From: Nitrosomonas europaea
Lineage (GTDB): Bacteria; Pseudomonadota; Gammaproteobacteria; Burkholderiales; Nitrosomonadaceae
Direction of reading: 5' to 3'
Length of the DNA: 32,000 bases
Assembly (NCBI RefSeq): GCF_900167395.1
Contig: NZ_FUWK01000015.1
Location: 1-32,000, forward strand
Positions 30,142 to 32,000 of the stretch are shown here, piece after piece. The translations under genes and the position numbers were made by a program. Each line of letters starts with the position of its first letter. Positions within the stretch are counted from its first letter, which is position 1. The notes under the pieces are model-generated. The model ran no database searches, had not been told where the DNA came from, and was given only the letters and a program-made list of their open reading frames with translations.

Positions 30142-30192
30142 CATATTAGCTCAATAACCACCCCTTTTAATAACGCGGGAAGATTTTTCCTG

Positions 30193-30633
30193 TCAAATTT
30201 CCCGCGTATCGTAAATGTAGCGTTCAAGCTGATTAATGACGAACTGGTGCTGCGAAATAGCATCCTTCACTAAATCCCCTATTGAAAGCAGACCGATAAC
30301 CTTGCCATCATCCAGAACAGGTAAATGCCGGACACGCATTTCTGTTATCAGGGCCATGCAATCCTCATTGGTATTGTTCAGATCGACGTAAGCCACCTGA
30401 CGGGTCATGATTTCCTTCACCTGTGTATCCTTCACCGGCTTATCCAGCAGATACGATTTTCTGGAAAAATCACGCTCTGTAAGAATACCGACGAGTTTCT
30501 CATCTTTCATGACCAGCAATGCACCGATATTATCGGCTGCCATTTTCTGCATGGCGTTAAATACTGAATCATCCGGACCAATGGCAACTACAGTATGCCC
30601 CTTTTCCTGTAGCAAATGTTTGACAGTTTTCAT
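30193..30633 (-). CDS. CBS-pair domain protein
   Basis: 146 aa counted from the ATG at 30633, which has AAGGAAA 7 nt upstream; the listed ORF starts at the upstream TTG 30657. It contains two CBS repeats (VVAIGPDDSVFNAMQKMAADNIGALLVM and MTRQVAYVDLNNTNEDCMALITEMRVRHLPVLDDGKVIGLLSIGDL). Confidence 0.88.
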   Translation of the reverse strand: MKTVKHLLQEKGHTVVAIGPDDSVFNAMQKMAADNIGALLVMKDEKLVGILTERDFSRKSYLLDKPVKDTQVKEIMTRQVAYVDLNNTNEDCMALITEMRVRHLPVLDDGKVIGLLSIGDLVKDAISQHQFVINQLERYIYDTREI

Positions 30634-30727
30634 GGTGATTTCCTTTCTTGTTAACAAATCAGTTTGCTCAACTATGGTAGCGCTTTACCGGCGCAAAGCA
30701 AACCAGGACGCTACAGATAGCTTTATG

Positions 30728-30769
30728 AAACTAAACAACCACCGGCTAAAGCCGGTGGTTGTTTAGTTT
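30728..30769. terminator. Bidirectional intrinsic terminator-like hairpin
   Basis: A perfect 19-bp inverted repeat AAACTAAACAACCACCGGC / GCCGGTGGTTGTTTAGTTT encloses a TAAA loop. The GC-rich inner 11 bp is followed by TTTAGTTT on both strands. It lies about 60 nt downstream of the J-domain protein stop. Confidence 0.65.
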
Positions 30770-30831
30770 GGTCTCATTATTGAAAAATCAAATTTGCCGT
30801 CCCGGCATTTGAGGTATGCCCGGATGGGTGT

Positions 30832-32000
30832 TCAGCGCTTACGTCGGCGGGGAGGTGGCGCAGAAAAACTGCTCAGTAAATCACCCAACATTTGCAACCC
30901 ATCATCAAACTCGTCAAACCCATCATTCACCTGATAGTGCTTAATAAAGGTCGCGAGCTGTTTGGCATCCTGGAAAGCGATGAGATCAATATCAGCTTGC
31001 CGCAGATCCATTTCCAGCCGCGTGATTTCAGCATCCATTGCCTTGTCAACATGAGTCGGCCTGATCTTTTGTGTATAAGGCACCAGCTTCCAGTAGGGCA
31101 TCAATAACGACGCAAGCTCCGCCTTGAGTTCCGCCAGTTGCTCACGCAGTACCTGAATGTAATGTTCAATACGTTCATCAGGCAGGTTGGTGAGGTAATT
31201 GGTATCAATCTGTTCGATTTCGAGCTGGATATTCAGCAGCTCAAGCAAATCGCTCCGATCATAAGCCTGGTTGACGCGCTGCATCAGGGTGGTTTTCTCA
31301 TCCGCCGTCAGATCGGTGCTTGCGCGATCAGGATGCAGGCTACTGGCCAGTTTGCGATAAATTTCACGCACGGACTGGCTGATTTCTTTTTTTGCTGCCG
31401 CACGTTTCTCCTCAGCGGCCGCCTGTTTGGCTGATTTACGGCGGCGTGAGCCTGATCCGGCTTTATTTTTGGCTTCTTCTTCCTGCCGTTGGCGCATGGC
31501 TTTTGCCAGCATTTCCTCCATGCTGACATCCGCATTGTCATCGTCCAGACGCACACCAAACAGTTCTTCGATCACATCCTGCGAAATGGTCTTATCAATC
31601 CCGGCCTGATCGTCATAACTGGGATCGCTATATTTGTCATACAGCGCCACGATTTCCTCATCGCGCTGCTCAAGCAACAACTCATGCGCCAGGTTGAGAA
31701 TGATGTCGCACAACTTTGCGCGCTGTTGCTTGCCACGAATGACATTGCGCTGATGAAATTGCGTGTCAAGCAGATGCAGCATGGCGATGCGTTTTTCGCG
31801 CAGTTGTGCAAACAGGGGCATCAGTTCGCTGCCCACGCGCTGACCGTAGCGTTCGCTATAAGTGTGCCACTCCGCAACCTGAGCTCGTTGCTCGTCAATT
31901 TGCCGGATCAGGCGCTGGAAAGTTGCCTGTTGCTTGGTTTGTGGTTTTGCGTGCGTCAGAACATCGGTAATGGTGAGTTCACTGCTATTGACGGGATCGG
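30832..32000 (-). CDS. J-domain-like (DnaJ-like, HPD motif) protein; the N-terminus probably lies beyond the window
   Basis: The minus-strand frame stays open from the listed GTG at 31836 up to base 32000 (..KQQATFQRLIRQIDEQRAQVAEWHTYSERYGQRVGSELMPLF..). The internal J-like segment is REIYRKLASSLHPDR...MQRVNQAYD. It is preceded by a Lys/Ala/Glu/Arg-rich stretch, and the basic C-terminus is PPPRRRKR. Confidence 0.7.
   Translation of the reverse strand, partial: DPVNSSELTITDVLTHAKPQTKQQATFQRLIRQIDEQRAQVAEWHTYSERYGQRVGSELMPLFAQLREKRIAMLHLLDTQFHQRNVIRGKQQRAKLCDIILNLAHELLLEQRDEEIVALYDKYSDPSYDDQAGIDKTISQDVIEELFGVRLDDDNADVSMEEMLAKAMRQRQEEEAKNKAGSGSRRRKSAKQAAAEEKRAAAKKEISQSVREIYRKLASSLHPDRASTDLTADEKTTLMQRVNQAYDRSDLLELLNIQLEIEQIDTNYLTNLPDERIEHYIQVLREQLAELKAELASLLMPYWKLVPYTQKIRPTHVDKAMDAEITRLEMDLRQADIDLIAFQDAKQLATFIKHYQVNDGFDEFDDGLQMLGDLLSSFSAPPPRRRKR

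Noticed and set aside
1-32000. I looked for CRISPR arrays, tRNA/rRNA genes, IS elements, integrases, phage genes, toxin-antitoxin pairs and known defence-system genes.
   Set aside because: I saw no direct-repeat/spacer arrays, no cloverleaf-like segments in the intergenic gaps, and no transposase, integrase or defence-type ORFs. The window reads as core chromosome.

Overview
This window is almost entirely chromosomal housekeeping DNA from a Gram-negative proteobacterium. Gene content and order (aminotransferase-hom-thrC, mlaFEDCB-ABC2-bolA, a Na+-NQR operon, roughly balanced GC) look betaproteobacterial. A Nitrosomonas-like organism is my guess from memory, not from a search. Plus strand, 1-10.5 kb: a 5'-partial aminotransferase, hom and thrC, then a TCA block sdhB-sdhE-gltA-sucA-sucB. 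Minus strand, 10.7-17.1 kb: an orphan secreted protein, a ~580-bp non-coding gap with two copies of a 15-bp palindrome, bolA/ibaG, an ABC-2 exporter pair, and mlaB-C-D-E-F. From 17.3 to 22.2 kb: a secreted DUF4124-SNase nuclease, a YgiM-like SH3 protein, a tiny AT-rich membrane ORF, and cutA-dsbD plus a TlpA-like thioredoxin. Minus strand, 22.4-29.7 kb: a complete nqrABCDEF operon followed by an apbE whose C-terminus carries an NqrM-like Cys-rich module. After that come a CBS-pair protein and a J-domain-like protein that runs off the right edge. I saw no rRNA, tRNA, CRISPR array, transposase, integrase, phage gene or recognisable defence gene. I did not find a convincing multi-gene novel system. 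The items most worth a second look are: (1) the apparent ApbE-NqrM fusion; (2) the orphan secreted protein whose mature N-terminus is predicted to be His, possibly a copper site; (3) the paired palindromes in the non-coding gap upstream of that gene; (4) the unusual split of the sdh/suc gene set. All functional calls rest on motif recognition by eye, and no searches were run.
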